Assembly (NCBI GenBank): GCA_044359955.1
Contig: JBIKLF010000010.1
Coordinates: forward strand, 1,460 to 65,459
DNA: 64,000 nt
Source of the DNA: Chthoniobacterales bacterium
GTDB taxonomy: Bacteria > Verrucomicrobiota > Verrucomicrobiia > Chthoniobacterales > JACTMZ01
Direction: 5' to 3'
This document shows, piece after piece, positions 10,244-19,684 of this stretch (positions within the stretch are counted from its first letter, which is position 1; each line of letters opens with the position of its first letter). Below the pieces are notes generated by a model. The model ran no database searches. It was not told where the DNA came from and saw nothing but the letters and a program-made list of their open reading frames with translations. The translations under genes and the position numbers were made by a program.

Positions 10244-11128
10244 ATGCCATCCATGAGCGCCGCACCGGTTGAAATCGAACACCTGACCAAGGTCTTCAAA
10301 ATTCCCATGCGCCGGGAGCGGGTCGTGGCGGTGCGGGATCTTTCGATCAAGGTCGAACCCGGGGAGGTTTACGGATTGCTCGGACCGAACGGCTCGGGGA
10401 AAAGCACGACGCTGAAAATTCTGCTCGGACTGGTTTCGCCGACGCGGGGGCAGACCAAAGTTTTCGGCGAGGACAGCACCTGGGTGCGCAGCCGGAAGGA
10501 CGTGGGGTTCGTGCCGGAAAACCCTTACTTTTACAAATTCCTCAGCGGGGCGGAGACCGTGCGGTTTTTCGGGAAGCTGAGCGGGATGGGCGGGGCGGTT
10601 TTGGAGGCGCGGGTCAAGGAGTTGCTGGAATTGGTCGGCCTGACCGAAGCCGCGGACCGTCGGGTGGGTGCTTATTCGAAGGGGATGCTGCAACGCATCG
10701 GCCTGGCTCAGGCGCTGGTCCAGGATCCGGGATTGCTGGTGCTCGATGAGCCGACGGCCGGGGTCGATCCGGTCGGGTCACGCGAGATCCGGGATTTGAT
10801 TTTGGAGCTCAAGGCCCGGGGCAAGACCATCCTGCTTTGCTCGCATCTTCTTTCGCAAGTGCAGGAGATTTGCGACCGGGTGGGAATTTTGGCCCGCGGT
10901 CAGTTGGTGCGCGAGGGACGGGTGGAAGACCTCCTCGCGGTGCGCGACCGCACGGAAATCGTGCTGGAGCAGGTCTCGCCGGAAAAGTTGTCCGCACTGC
11001 AAGAAGCCGCGGAAAAGCTCGGGCTGAAAATTGTCTCAAGCGGACGGCCGCAAACCACCTTGGAGAATTTGTTTCTCGAGGCGATCGAGCCGGCGCAGTC
11101 GGCGGATGCGGGGTCGGGAAGGAAGTAG
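10244..11128 (+). CDS. ABC transporter ATP-binding protein
   Basis: GPNGSGKST, YSKGMLQR signature, LDEPT. Confidence 0.92.
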   Translation: MPSMSAAPVEIEHLTKVFKIPMRRERVVAVRDLSIKVEPGEVYGLLGPNGSGKSTTLKILLGLVSPTRGQTKVFGEDSTWVRSRKDVGFVPENPYFYKFLSGAETVRFFGKLSGMGGAVLEARVKELLELVGLTEAADRRVGAYSKGMLQRIGLAQALVQDPGLLVLDEPTAGVDPVGSREIRDLILELKARGKTILLCSHLLSQVQEICDRVGILARGQLVREGRVEDLLAVRDRTEIVLEQVSPEKLSALQEAAEKLGLKIVSSGRPQTTLENLFLEAIEPAQSADAGSGRK

Positions 11129-11192
11129 GGGGAGGGCGGAGGCTTGAGTTTGAGACTGGAGTGAAAGGTGGATCGCGTTCTCCGGACGCGAT

Positions 11193-11223
11193 GGGTGCGG
11201 TCCGCTGGCCAGCGGACCCTACC
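11193..11223. repeat. REP-like hairpin GGGTGCGGTCCGCTGGCCAGCGGACCCTACC
   Basis: Second copy at about 60226-60256; both are preceded by heptamer-like TGAGAC/TGAAAC tracts. Confidence 0.75.
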
Positions 11224-11289
11224 GGGGAAGATACAAGGGACTGGAGCGTTTTCGGCGAAACTTTTTACAAGCGCTACAGCGGTTTGCAG

Positions 11290-11335
11290 AAAAGTAGCAC
11301 GGGCATCTTGCCGGCAAGATGCCCGTGCTACTTTT
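11290..11335. terminator. Perfect 46-bp palindrome (REP-derived), probable bidirectional terminator
   Basis: AAAAGTAGCACGGGCATCTTGCC|GGCAAGATGCCCGTGCTACTTTT lies between convergent genes. Confidence 0.7.
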
Positions 11336-11336
11336 T

Positions 11337-12230
11337 TCACGCGCGGTCCTCCATGAGCCAGCGGGTGATGCGGGCGAGGACGTCTTCGGTGTTGATGTCG
11401 TGCCAGAGGAGGTGATGGCTGTCGGGGTAGAAGACGTATTCTTTTTCGGCGGCGGCGAGGCGGTCGAAGAAGGCGCGGCTTTGGTCAGGGCGGATGAAGA
11501 CGTCGCGTCCGGCGGAGAGCATGAGCGTGGGCACATCGATGCGGGTGGCGGACTGCTGCGCTTCCTGCATGAGGTCGTGGAAGCGGGCGAGGAAGTCGAT
11601 GGTGAAACCGCACACACGGTGCGGGATCGTGTCGAGGTAGGCCATGTATTCGTCGTCGGCGGTGAGCCGGGGGATGCAGGTTTTGCCGTGGACGAAGCGC
11701 ATGGGGGAAATTTTCAAGCGCGGCACCCAAGTGCTGGCTTGGCGCATGAGGGCAACGGTCCAACCGGGCACGGGGGCGCGGGTTTCGGGCACGGGGGCGG
11801 AGAGCACGAGGCGTTGCGGGCGCAGGGCGCCGTGGGCCACGGCGTCGACGGCGACGAGGGAGCCCATGCTTTCGCCGATGAGGTGGTAGGGCGTGTCCGG
11901 CAGATGGGTGGCGACGAAGGCGGCGAGGTCGGCGCGCCATTCCTGCGGGTCGAGGAAATGTCCGCGGCGGAGGTGGTCGGGGTCGTTGCCCTGGCCGCGC
12001 AGGTTGAGCGCCCAGACGGTGCAGCCTTCGGCGGACAGGCGGCGGGCCAGCGGACCGAAGTCGGCCGCCGAGCCGCTCAGACCGTGGAGGCAAATGACGT
12101 GGCTTCCGGGTGACTCATCAACGTTCGGCCACACCAGGCCGGGGAAGGGTGTGCCGTCGTGCGCCGCCCAAGTGAATGGCTGCGAACCGCGGGCGACGTG
12201 GTCGACGGTGAGGGAGGAGTCGTTGGGCAC
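11337..12230 (-). CDS. Alpha/beta hydrolase (lysophospholipase-like)
   Basis: LHGL, LRGQG, GESMG nucleophile, late Asp and His; GTG start inferred. Confidence 0.8.
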   Translation of the reverse strand: MPNDSSLTVDHVARGSQPFTWAAHDGTPFPGLVWPNVDESPGSHVICLHGLSGSAADFGPLARRLSAEGCTVWALNLRGQGNDPDHLRRGHFLDPQEWRADLAAFVATHLPDTPYHLIGESMGSLVAVDAVAHGALRPQRLVLSAPVPETRAPVPGWTVALMRQASTWVPRLKISPMRFVHGKTCIPRLTADDEYMAYLDTIPHRVCGFTIDFLARFHDLMQEAQQSATRIDVPTLMLSAGRDVFIRPDQSRAFFDRLAAAEKEYVFYPDSHHLLWHDINTEDVLARITRWLMEDRA

Positions 12231-12313
12231 GGTCTTGTTTTCCCCGCTGCGGGTAGGCGGGGCAAGCGGCGATCGCGCTTGCCGGTTCGGCGTGGCCCGC
12301 GCAAGTTCGCGGC

Positions 12314-13387
12314 ATGGAACCGGTGAATCTGGCGGAGTTCGAGGAGGTGGCGCGGGGAAAATTGGCGCGGGAGGCTTACGAGTATTATGCGGGTGGGGCG
12401 AACGATGAGGTGACCTTGCGGGCCAATGGCGAGGCTTACGGGAACCTGAGGCTGTATCATCGCGTGCTGCGCGATGTGGCGGTGCGGGACACTTCGGTCG
12501 AGGTGCTGGGGGAGCGGATTTCTTTTCCCGTGATGGTGGCGCCGACGGCATTTCAACGCATGGCCTGTGACGAGGGTGAGTGCGCCACGGCGCGGGCGGC
12601 GGCGCGGGCGGGGACGATCATGGTGATGAGCACGCTGGCAACCACGGTCATTGAGGACGTGGTCGCGGCGGCGGAGGGTCCGAAGTGGTTTCAGCTCTAC
12701 ATTTACAAGGATCGCGGAGTGACGCTCGACTTGGTGCGGCGGGCCGAGGCGGCGGGTTGCCGGGCGTTGGTGCTGACGGTGGACACCGCGGTATGGGGGC
12801 AGCGGGAGGCGGACGTGCGTAATCATTTCAACCTGCCGGACGGTTTGACCGTGGCGAACTTGGCCACGCACGCGAAGGAGCATTTTCCGGAGGGAATGGC
12901 GGGCTCAGGGTTGGCGGCTTATGCGGCGGCCCTGCTCGATGCTTCGCTGACGTGGAAGGATCTCGAGTGGTTGCGCGGTCAGACGAAGTTGCCGGTGCTG
13001 CTCAAGGGTGTGGTGCACCCGGACGATGCGCGGGCGGCGGTGGAACACGGGGCGGCGGCGGTGATTGTGTCCAACCACGGTGGACGTCAGCTCGATTCGT
13101 CGCCGGCGACGATCGAAGCGTTGCCGCGGGTGGTGGAAGCGGTGGCGGGAAAAATTCCGGTATTGATTGATGGCGGCGTGCGGCGGGGCACGGATGTGGT
13201 CAAGGCGGTGGCTTTGGGGGCGAAGGCGGTGCTGATCGGACGGCCGATTTTGTGGGGCTTGGCGGCCGACGGCGAGGAGGGGGCCTATCGGGTGCTGGAG
13301 TTGCTCAAGGCGGAGTTCGATCTGGCCATGGCGTTGTGCGGGGCGCGGACGGTGGGGGAGATTGGGCGGGAGTTGGTGGTGGGGTAG
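12314..13387 (+). CDS. FMN-dependent alpha-hydroxy acid oxidase/dehydrogenase
   Basis: WFQLY, LTVD, VSNHGGRQLD, DGGVRRGTDVVKA. Confidence 0.93.
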   Translation: MEPVNLAEFEEVARGKLAREAYEYYAGGANDEVTLRANGEAYGNLRLYHRVLRDVAVRDTSVEVLGERISFPVMVAPTAFQRMACDEGECATARAAARAGTIMVMSTLATTVIEDVVAAAEGPKWFQLYIYKDRGVTLDLVRRAEAAGCRALVLTVDTAVWGQREADVRNHFNLPDGLTVANLATHAKEHFPEGMAGSGLAAYAAALLDASLTWKDLEWLRGQTKLPVLLKGVVHPDDARAAVEHGAAAVIVSNHGGRQLDSSPATIEALPRVVEAVAGKIPVLIDGGVRRGTDVVKAVALGAKAVLIGRPILWGLAADGEEGAYRVLELLKAEFDLAMALCGARTVGEIGRELVVG

Positions 13388-13534
13388 TTTTGGTTTTTTT
13401 AGTTTTCGGTGTTCAGTGTTTGGTGAGTTCTTTGGGGTCGTGATGCAAGGTAGGGCGCAACGTCCCCGGCGCGGTTGGAGAAAGGGCAGCGGGCGGTTCT
13501 CATTGCCCGGAGGGCGCCGTGGGAGACTTATGCA

Positions 13535-13562
13535 TTGCAAATAGCCTGACCATTTGTATAGT
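13535..13562 (+). promoter_or_regulatory. Sigma70-like promoter, probably leaderless transcript
   Basis: TTGCAA-16 bp-TATAGT ends 8 nt before ATG 13571; no SD. Confidence 0.55.
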
Positions 13563-13570
13563 ATTGTTTC

Positions 13571-14701
13571 ATGATTGACCGACCCTTTTGGAGACAAACC
13601 ATCGAGTCTGCTTGGCGCGAAGCGCCTATTGTCTGGCTCAGCGGGGTTCGTCGTTCGGGCAAGACAACGATTGCCCAATCGGTGGGAGGGCCTGGGACGC
13701 GTTTCGTGAATTGCGATATCCCGGCGGTGGAGGAGACGGTTCGCGATCCGGTCCTGTTTTTCCAAAACTGCCCCTCGTCCGTTCTGGTCTTCGACGAAAT
13801 TCAACAACTGCGCGACCCCGCCCGCCTTTTGAAAATCGGGGCGGACATGTTTCCGAACATCAAAATCCTGGCCACGGGATCATCCACCCTCGCCGCCGGG
13901 AAAAAATTCCGCGACACGCTGGCCGGTCGCAAGCGCACCGTGCACCTCGTCCCGGTCCTGTTGCCGGAGTTGGCCGCCTTCGGCACCACGCTTGAGCGCC
14001 GCTTGTTCCAGGGCGGGCTCCCTCCCTCACTTTTGGCGGACGAAAAAAAACCGGCCTTCTACCGCGAGTGGATGGACTCCTTTTTCGCCCGCGACATCCA
14101 AAGACTTTTCGGTTTTCGCGACATAAACCGCTTCACCGCCTTTCTCGAATACATTTTCCGGCAAAGCGGGGGACAATTGGATGTATCCAAGGCCGCCTCG
14201 GAACTCGGCATCGCCCGAGCCACGGTTGAAAGCCATCTGCGCGCTCTGGAAATCACCCACGCCGCCACTTGCGTGCGTCCTTTCCATCGCGGCTCGCGCC
14301 GGGAAATCGTCAAGCAACCGAAGGTCTATGCCTTCGACACCGGCTTCGTTTCCTTCGTCCGCGGATGGGATCCTCTTCGCCCCGATGACTTGGGCCCGCT
14401 GTGGGAACATCTTGTCCTGGAGACCTTGCAAGCCTTGTTTCCGGATTCACCGCCGCTCTACTGGCGCGACAAAAGCGGTCACGAGATCGACTTTGTCATT
14501 CCCAAGAGCCGCGATTCCGTGGACGTCATCGAATGCAAATGGAACCCCGCAGCATTTGATCCCGCGCCGCTCGCGGCGTTCCGCGCCATCTATCCACAAG
14601 GCCGCAACTTCCTTGTCTGCCCCGCCAGCACGCCAAGCCACGTACGATCGTCCAAAGGCCTGAAAATCCACGTGGTGGACCCGACTGGCCTTCCTCGTTG
14701 A
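13571..14701 (+). CDS. AAA ATPase with DUF4143 domain (C-terminal PD-(D/E)xK-like motif)
   Basis: GVRRSGKT, DEIQ, ATGSS, YAFDTG, EIDFV..IECKW. Confidence 0.85.
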   Translation: MIDRPFWRQTIESAWREAPIVWLSGVRRSGKTTIAQSVGGPGTRFVNCDIPAVEETVRDPVLFFQNCPSSVLVFDEIQQLRDPARLLKIGADMFPNIKILATGSSTLAAGKKFRDTLAGRKRTVHLVPVLLPELAAFGTTLERRLFQGGLPPSLLADEKKPAFYREWMDSFFARDIQRLFGFRDINRFTAFLEYIFRQSGGQLDVSKAASELGIARATVESHLRALEITHAATCVRPFHRGSRREIVKQPKVYAFDTGFVSFVRGWDPLRPDDLGPLWEHLVLETLQALFPDSPPLYWRDKSGHEIDFVIPKSRDSVDVIECKWNPAAFDPAPLAAFRAIYPQGRNFLVCPASTPSHVRSSKGLKIHVVDPTGLPR

Positions 14702-14955
14702 AATACTGGGGACTTCTGCGGGACTTTACCGGTAAATATGTTTTGGGAGGGACAGCTGGTCTCAGCTGTCCGCGCGTTTTCAGGAATATCGATGGTGATT
14801 TTCATGCTCCTCATTCCGCCCAAAAGGGATCTTGGACAAGTGCACCGGTCTTACACGTTCCAACCTGCGGGAGTAACTGGGGCTACCATCCCTGCCTGAA
14901 AACACTTTGAGTTACTCGCGAGGCAAAAACCCCACCCTACCAAGGAATGTCATTA

Positions 14956-15064
14956 GAGCGTTTTCGGCGAAGCTTTTTACAAGCGCTGCAGCGATTTTGC
15001 GGAACAGTGGCACGGGCATCTTGCCCGTGATCGCTGAACATCATCGGCAGGATGCCGATGCCAC
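14956..15064. repeat. Repeat GAGCGTTTTCGGCGAA.CTTTTTACAAGCGCT plus REP pair
   Basis: About 68 bp similar to 11244-11312; related REP pair at 57817-57876. Confidence 0.7.
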
Positions 15065-15121
15065 GTAGTCAAACCCCAATGGATCAAACGGGCCAGCGTA
15101 AAGACTTGGATCGAAAACACT

Positions 15122-15475
15122 CTAATCGAAGTAGACATCCGCATGGTCGTAGAATGGGGAGCAGGAGCAAAGGAAGCGGAGTTTTGACCGTGCGGTGATT
15201 TGGTGGCGGGCGCCGGCGGGAATGAGGATGGCATCGCCGGGGCCGACTTCGCGGGTTTCGCCATCGACCTCCATGAGGGCCGTGCCTTCGAGGAGGAAGT
15301 AAAATTCCTCGCAAATTTTGTGGTGGTGGCGTTCGGTGGTCTGGCCCGGAGCCATGGTGGCCTCGGCCAGACTGTGCTTTTCCACGGGCGCATTGGTGCG
15401 GTCAAGGATGCTGCGGATGGTCGAGCCGTCTTTGGTCGTGAAGGGGCTTTGATTTTCGAGTTGCTGGACTATCAT
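15122..15475 (-). CDS. Cupin domain protein
   Basis: HHHKICEEFYFLLEG and GDAILIPAGARH cupin motifs. Confidence 0.85.
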   Translation of the reverse strand: MIVQQLENQSPFTTKDGSTIRSILDRTNAPVEKHSLAEATMAPGQTTERHHHKICEEFYFLLEGTALMEVDGETREVGPGDAILIPAGARHQITARSKLRFLCSCSPFYDHADVYFD

Positions 15476-15486
15476 GGGATCACACT

Positions 15487-16284
15487 ATGCGATTTTTCGA
15501 AGGTTGCACTGCTTTGATCACCGGGGCGTCGTCGGGGTTGGGCGCGGAGTTCGCCCGGCAACTGGCGCCGGTGGCGGGCACGCTGGTGCTGGTGGCGCGG
15601 CGGGCGGGGCATTTGGACGAGTTGAAGGCGGAACTGGAGGCGCGCTATCCGGGTGTGCGGGTTTTTGTTTATGTGATGGATCTGACGCGGGAAAATCAGA
15701 ACCGCGATTTCGTGGAGTGGCTGGAGCGGGAAAAGGTCCAGGTCAATTTTTTGGTCAACAATGCGGGGATGGGCGACCGGGGGCCGTTTGCCACGGGGGA
15801 CTGGGCGAAGATCCATGCGATGCTGGAGGTGAATGTCGTGGCGCTGACCCGGCTGACGCATCATTTGCTGCCGATGTTGCTGGAGGGTGGGCGCGGGGCG
15901 ATCCTCAATGTGAGTTCGATCGCGGGATTGATTCCGTTGCCGCACATGTCGGTTTATGCGGCGACGAAGGCGTATGTGAACAGTTTTAGCGATGGTTTGC
16001 GCATGGAATTGCGCGATTCGGGGATCACGGTGACGGCGGTGTTGCCGGGGCCGGCGGAGACGGAGTTCGGTCAGGTGGCCTCGCGTGGGACGGGTGAACC
16101 GGAATGGAGTTCGCCGGATGGATTGCTTGTGCCGGTGGATGAAGTGGTGCGCAAGGCGCTCGGCGCGGTGGCGGCCGACAAGGCGCGGGTCATTCCCGGT
16201 TGGAAGGTGGCGTTGGTCATGGGTTTGGCCGTGGCGCTGCCGCTGGGAATTCTCCGGGCGATTTTGCAGCGCAAAGCACGCTGA
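15487..16284 (+). CDS. SDR family oxidoreductase
   Basis: TGASSGLG, NNAG, YAATK. Confidence 0.9.
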   Translation: MRFFEGCTALITGASSGLGAEFARQLAPVAGTLVLVARRAGHLDELKAELEARYPGVRVFVYVMDLTRENQNRDFVEWLEREKVQVNFLVNNAGMGDRGPFATGDWAKIHAMLEVNVVALTRLTHHLLPMLLEGGRGAILNVSSIAGLIPLPHMSVYAATKAYVNSFSDGLRMELRDSGITVTAVLPGPAETEFGQVASRGTGEPEWSSPDGLLVPVDEVVRKALGAVAADKARVIPGWKVALVMGLAVALPLGILRAILQRKAR

Positions 16285-16319
16285 GCGGAGGATCTGATTT
16301 TTTTTCCGGGACGTAACGC

Positions 16320-17360
16320 ATGACAATGAACCAAGCCAAGATTCGCAAGGTGCCCATCGATCCGCTGGCGTTGGCCCGCTTCAAAAAGACGTTCGAGCTA
16401 ATCAACACGCATCTTTACAGCGTGGAGGAACGGATCCGGGCTCAGGCGCGGGCCTTTGATCCGGCGATGGAGGGTTATGTGGGTTACGTTTGCAATTCAT
16501 CCGGCAAGCGGTTGCGTCCGGCCCTGGCGCTGTTGGCCGGCGGGTCCACGGGCAAGATCACCTCGAGCCATGTCGATCTGGCGGTGATCATTGAACTGAT
16601 CCACATCGCCACGCTGGTGCATGACGACATCATGGATGGCGCGGATTTGCGCCGGGAGCAACCGACGGTCAATGCCAAGTGGGGCAATGCAATCAGCGTG
16701 CTGCTCGGCGACGCGTTGCTCGCGCACGCCATGAGGTTGGCTACCAATTTTTCCGAGACCGAAGTGGTGCGGCGTATTGCTGATGCGGCGGCGGAAGTTT
16801 GCACCGGGGAAATTATCCAGACCCAGCGGCGGTTCGATTTGAATTTGTCGGTGCCGGACTACTACAAGATCGTCGAGATGAAGACGGGGGCGCTTTTCGC
16901 GGCCTCGGCGGAGTTGGGGGCGTTCTTGAGCGAGACGACGCCGGAGCGGATCGGGGCGTTGAAGCAGTTCGGGCTCAAGCTCGGGACGGCCTACCAAGTC
17001 TATGACGATTGTCTCGATCTGGTCGGAACCGAAGAAGAAATCGGCAAGACGTTGGGGAGCGATTTGCGCAAAGGGAAACTGACCTTGCCCTTGATCTTCC
17101 TGTTGCAGTCGGCGCGACGGAGCGGGGATCACGATAAGGTGAGCGCGTTGTTGCTCGGGGGTGACGAGGTGGAAGCGGAGAAAATCGTCTCCATGCTGAT
17201 GGAACGAGGGGCCTTGCAGCAGACCGTTCAGGCTGCCAACCAATTGGTGGAGGAAGCCTTGGAAGGGCTGGATGCGCTGGACGAAAACCGGTTCACCAGC
17301 GGGTTGCGCGGGGTGGCGGAATATTTGCAGGCCTTGATCCGGCGGGTGGCGGGGGGTTGA
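16320..17360 (+). CDS. Polyprenyl diphosphate synthase (IspB/HepT-like)
   Basis: GKRLRP, HDDIMD, QVYDDCLD, GKLTLP. Confidence 0.92.
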   Translation: MTMNQAKIRKVPIDPLALARFKKTFELINTHLYSVEERIRAQARAFDPAMEGYVGYVCNSSGKRLRPALALLAGGSTGKITSSHVDLAVIIELIHIATLVHDDIMDGADLRREQPTVNAKWGNAISVLLGDALLAHAMRLATNFSETEVVRRIADAAAEVCTGEIIQTQRRFDLNLSVPDYYKIVEMKTGALFAASAELGAFLSETTPERIGALKQFGLKLGTAYQVYDDCLDLVGTEEEIGKTLGSDLRKGKLTLPLIFLLQSARRSGDHDKVSALLLGGDEVEAEKIVSMLMERGALQQTVQAANQLVEEALEGLDALDENRFTSGLRGVAEYLQALIRRVAGG

Positions 17361-17436
17361 TGGTAGGGGCACGCGGCTCGCGTGCCCGCTTCCACCGGGC
17401 GGACGAGCGAGGCCGCTCGTCCCTACCTTTGGCGCG
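17348..17436. repeat. GTAG-type REP doublet within a roughly 90-bp direct repeat
   Basis: GGTAGGGGCACGCGGCTCGCGTGCCC...GGACGAGCG.GGCCGCTCGTCCCTACC; other doublets at 18760-18825, 29116-29180, 47345-47410 and 57635-57700. Confidence 0.85.
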
Positions 17437-17522
17437 GCGTGAAGTTGATGCACCGTGGGGCGGACGCTTCTCTGGAGCGCGAGAGTTGACGCGGACTCGT
17501 CGAATCCGCGATCCTTGGGGAA

Positions 17523-18635
17523 TTGATGAAACTTTTTGTTTTTGCGTCGGGTTGTCTTTTCCTTGCCGCCGCCGTTCCATTATCTGCCGTCGAGTATTCT
17601 TCCATCGCGGCACCTGGAGTTGTGGTCACCGGGGTTCGTTCGATCAATGCTTCCAACGATGACGTTGTCATTACGGCCAGCTACACTTCCGGGGGTGTAA
17701 CCCAGGGGGCGCTTTACAGCGGGTCTCTTGCCGCGGTGACCAATGCCCCGATAAGCAGCTGGGTGCCGTTGGTTCCGGTCATCAGCGGCCAAACGGTGAC
17801 CAGCACGTCGCTGTATGGTCCCAACACGGCACGATTCACGCCCCGCATCGGGCAGGGGAACGTTATTGCGGTGGGCAGCTACAAATACGATGAATCGGCG
17901 GCGGATCACGGGGTGATCTACGAGGGGCCGGTGTCTGGTGGCGGCACCTGGACCCAAATCGACGCCACGTCCCTGGTGACCAATGGCACTCTTTTGAACA
18001 CCATCGCCCACAGCACAATGGGCAGCCTGGTTGTGGGGAACTATGACACCAGTTTGGCGACGGGAAATGCCTTCATCTATAACATGAGCAACGCGTCATG
18101 GGTGAATCTTGCCCCGACCGGATCCGCCAGCTTCACCGCCTACGGTATCTGGCAGAACTCGGAGACCTCTTTCACCATCGCGGGCGGTTCAAGCGCGCTG
18201 GGGTCGGGCGGCCTCGATCTGGGGTATCTGGTCAATTATGATAGCAGCACCGGGCAAACCTCCGACTTCAAGACCTTCAGCTACAACAATGCGCCGGTCA
18301 CCGCGTTGATTTCCCATTTCGACGGCATCACAGCGACGGAGACAGGGTTCAACCTCACGGGCGACTATCTAATGATTGGAGGCGGGCTCGGTGCGTTTTT
18401 TGCCTCGGTGGATGTTCTCCCGGGCGGAGGCTTCGGGGAGGCGGTGTGGACGGATATTGCCTTCACCGGAGCCGATGAAACCAGTGGCAACACGGTGGTT
18501 GGGGACAGCGTGTTGGGAATATACACCGCGGGAGGTGCTCCCCTGAGTTATGTCGCAACCGTTCCGGAGCCGGGCACCACTGCACTACTTTTGCTTGGAG
18601 CCGGGTATTTGTTGTTTCGGGGACTTCGGCGGTAG
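17523..18635 (+). CDS. PEP-CTERM sorting-domain surface protein
   Basis: Signal peptide; S/T/G/N-rich beta-type body; C-terminal VPEPGTTALLLLGAGYLLFRGLRR. Confidence 0.88.
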   Translation: MMKLFVFASGCLFLAAAVPLSAVEYSSIAAPGVVVTGVRSINASNDDVVITASYTSGGVTQGALYSGSLAAVTNAPISSWVPLVPVISGQTVTSTSLYGPNTARFTPRIGQGNVIAVGSYKYDESAADHGVIYEGPVSGGGTWTQIDATSLVTNGTLLNTIAHSTMGSLVVGNYDTSLATGNAFIYNMSNASWVNLAPTGSASFTAYGIWQNSETSFTIAGGSSALGSGGLDLGYLVNYDSSTGQTSDFKTFSYNNAPVTALISHFDGITATETGFNLTGDYLMIGGGLGAFFASVDVLPGGGFGEAVWTDIAFTGADETSGNTVVGDSVLGIYTAGGAPLSYVATVPEPGTTALLLLGAGYLLFRGLRR

Positions 18636-18746
18636 GAGGAGATTGTGGGCGCAGGCTGTTCCCGAGGTCTCGTTTGAGGGAGAGGCCGATTGGGTCCGGG
18701 AGGAGGGCGTGATTGGAAAGGTTCCTGCGCGGGGTGATGCGGGGGC

Positions 18747-18834
18747 GGCGGGGGCTGATGGCAGGGGCACGCGGCTCGCGTGCCCGTTTCCACCGGGCGG
18801 ACGAGCGGGGCCGCTCGTCCTTACCTTTGGCGCG
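18747..18834. repeat. Second copy of the direct repeat containing the REP doublet
   Basis: Aligns with 17348-17436 with few mismatches. Confidence 0.85.
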
Positions 18835-18878
18835 ACGCAGGCTGGTGTGATTGCCATGCGGTTGCTTATCTTTCGCGC

Positions 18879-19580
18879 GTGGCGACGCCGAAGATCAAAG
18901 ACTGGCCGGCGGAGGAGCGGCCGCGGGAGAAGTTGATGCACCGTGGGGCGGATGCGTTGAGCGATGCGGAGTTGCTCGCCATTTTTTTGCGCACGGGGAC
19001 GCCCGGGCGCACCGCGGTGGATGTCGGCGACGAAATGATCAAGGCCGCCGGCGGATCCTTGGCGCGGATGGCCCCGATGACGGTGAAAGAGTTGCGAAAG
19101 TTGGCCAAGGGAGTGGGCCTGGCCAAGGCGTGCGAAATGGCCGCGGGGTTCGAAGTGGGCAAGCGTTTGGCGCGGCAGACGGCACAAAGCGAACCTCTGG
19201 GGACGCCGGAGAAAATTTACGCTTTCATGGGCCCGCTGCTGCAAAATCTGCCCCGGGAGTCGCTGCGGGTCGTGTTGCTCGATACACGGCACCGGCTGAT
19301 CCACGCGGAAGAAGTTTCGCTCGGGACGATCAACGAAAGCCTGGCCCATCCGCGGGAAATCCTCCGTCCGGCGATCAGTCACGGGGCTTACGCCTTCATC
19401 CTGGTGCACAATCATCCTTCGGGTGATCCGACCCCGAGCGAGGCGGACCGCGCCCTGACCCGCCGCATCCGCGAGGCCGCGGACTTGGTGCAGATTCATC
19501 TACTGGATCATGTCATCATCGGCCGTGAGCGCCCCGGAGCCCCTCCTTACTTCAGCTTCAAGGAGCATGGGCTGCTTTGA
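18879..19580 (+). CDS. radC: RadC/JAB-domain protein
   Basis: ERPREKL, LSDAELLAI, HNHPSGDPTPSEAD, LLDHVIIG; GTG start inferred. Confidence 0.93.
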   Translation: MATPKIKDWPAEERPREKLMHRGADALSDAELLAIFLRTGTPGRTAVDVGDEMIKAAGGSLARMAPMTVKELRKLAKGVGLAKACEMAAGFEVGKRLARQTAQSEPLGTPEKIYAFMGPLLQNLPRESLRVVLLDTRHRLIHAEEVSLGTINESLAHPREILRPAISHGAYAFILVHNHPSGDPTPSEADRALTRRIREAADLVQIHLLDHVIIGRERPGAPPYFSFKEHGLL

Positions 19581-19684
19581 GTTGAGGGTTGAGGGTTGAA
19601 AGTTGAGGGAGAGTCAGAGGATGATTCCGTTTCTTTGGCGAATTTGATTTTCTCTCAACCCTCATCCCGCAACTCTCAACTTCC

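Noticed and set aside
14869-14916. Possible integron attC site (TAAC...GTTA)
   Set aside because: Ends do not fit RYYYAAC/GTTRRRY, internal pairing is poor, and there is no integrase or cassette array.
18879-19580. radC as a mobile-element marker
   Set aside because: Full-length chromosomal type with N-terminal HhH region, located next to lpxA.
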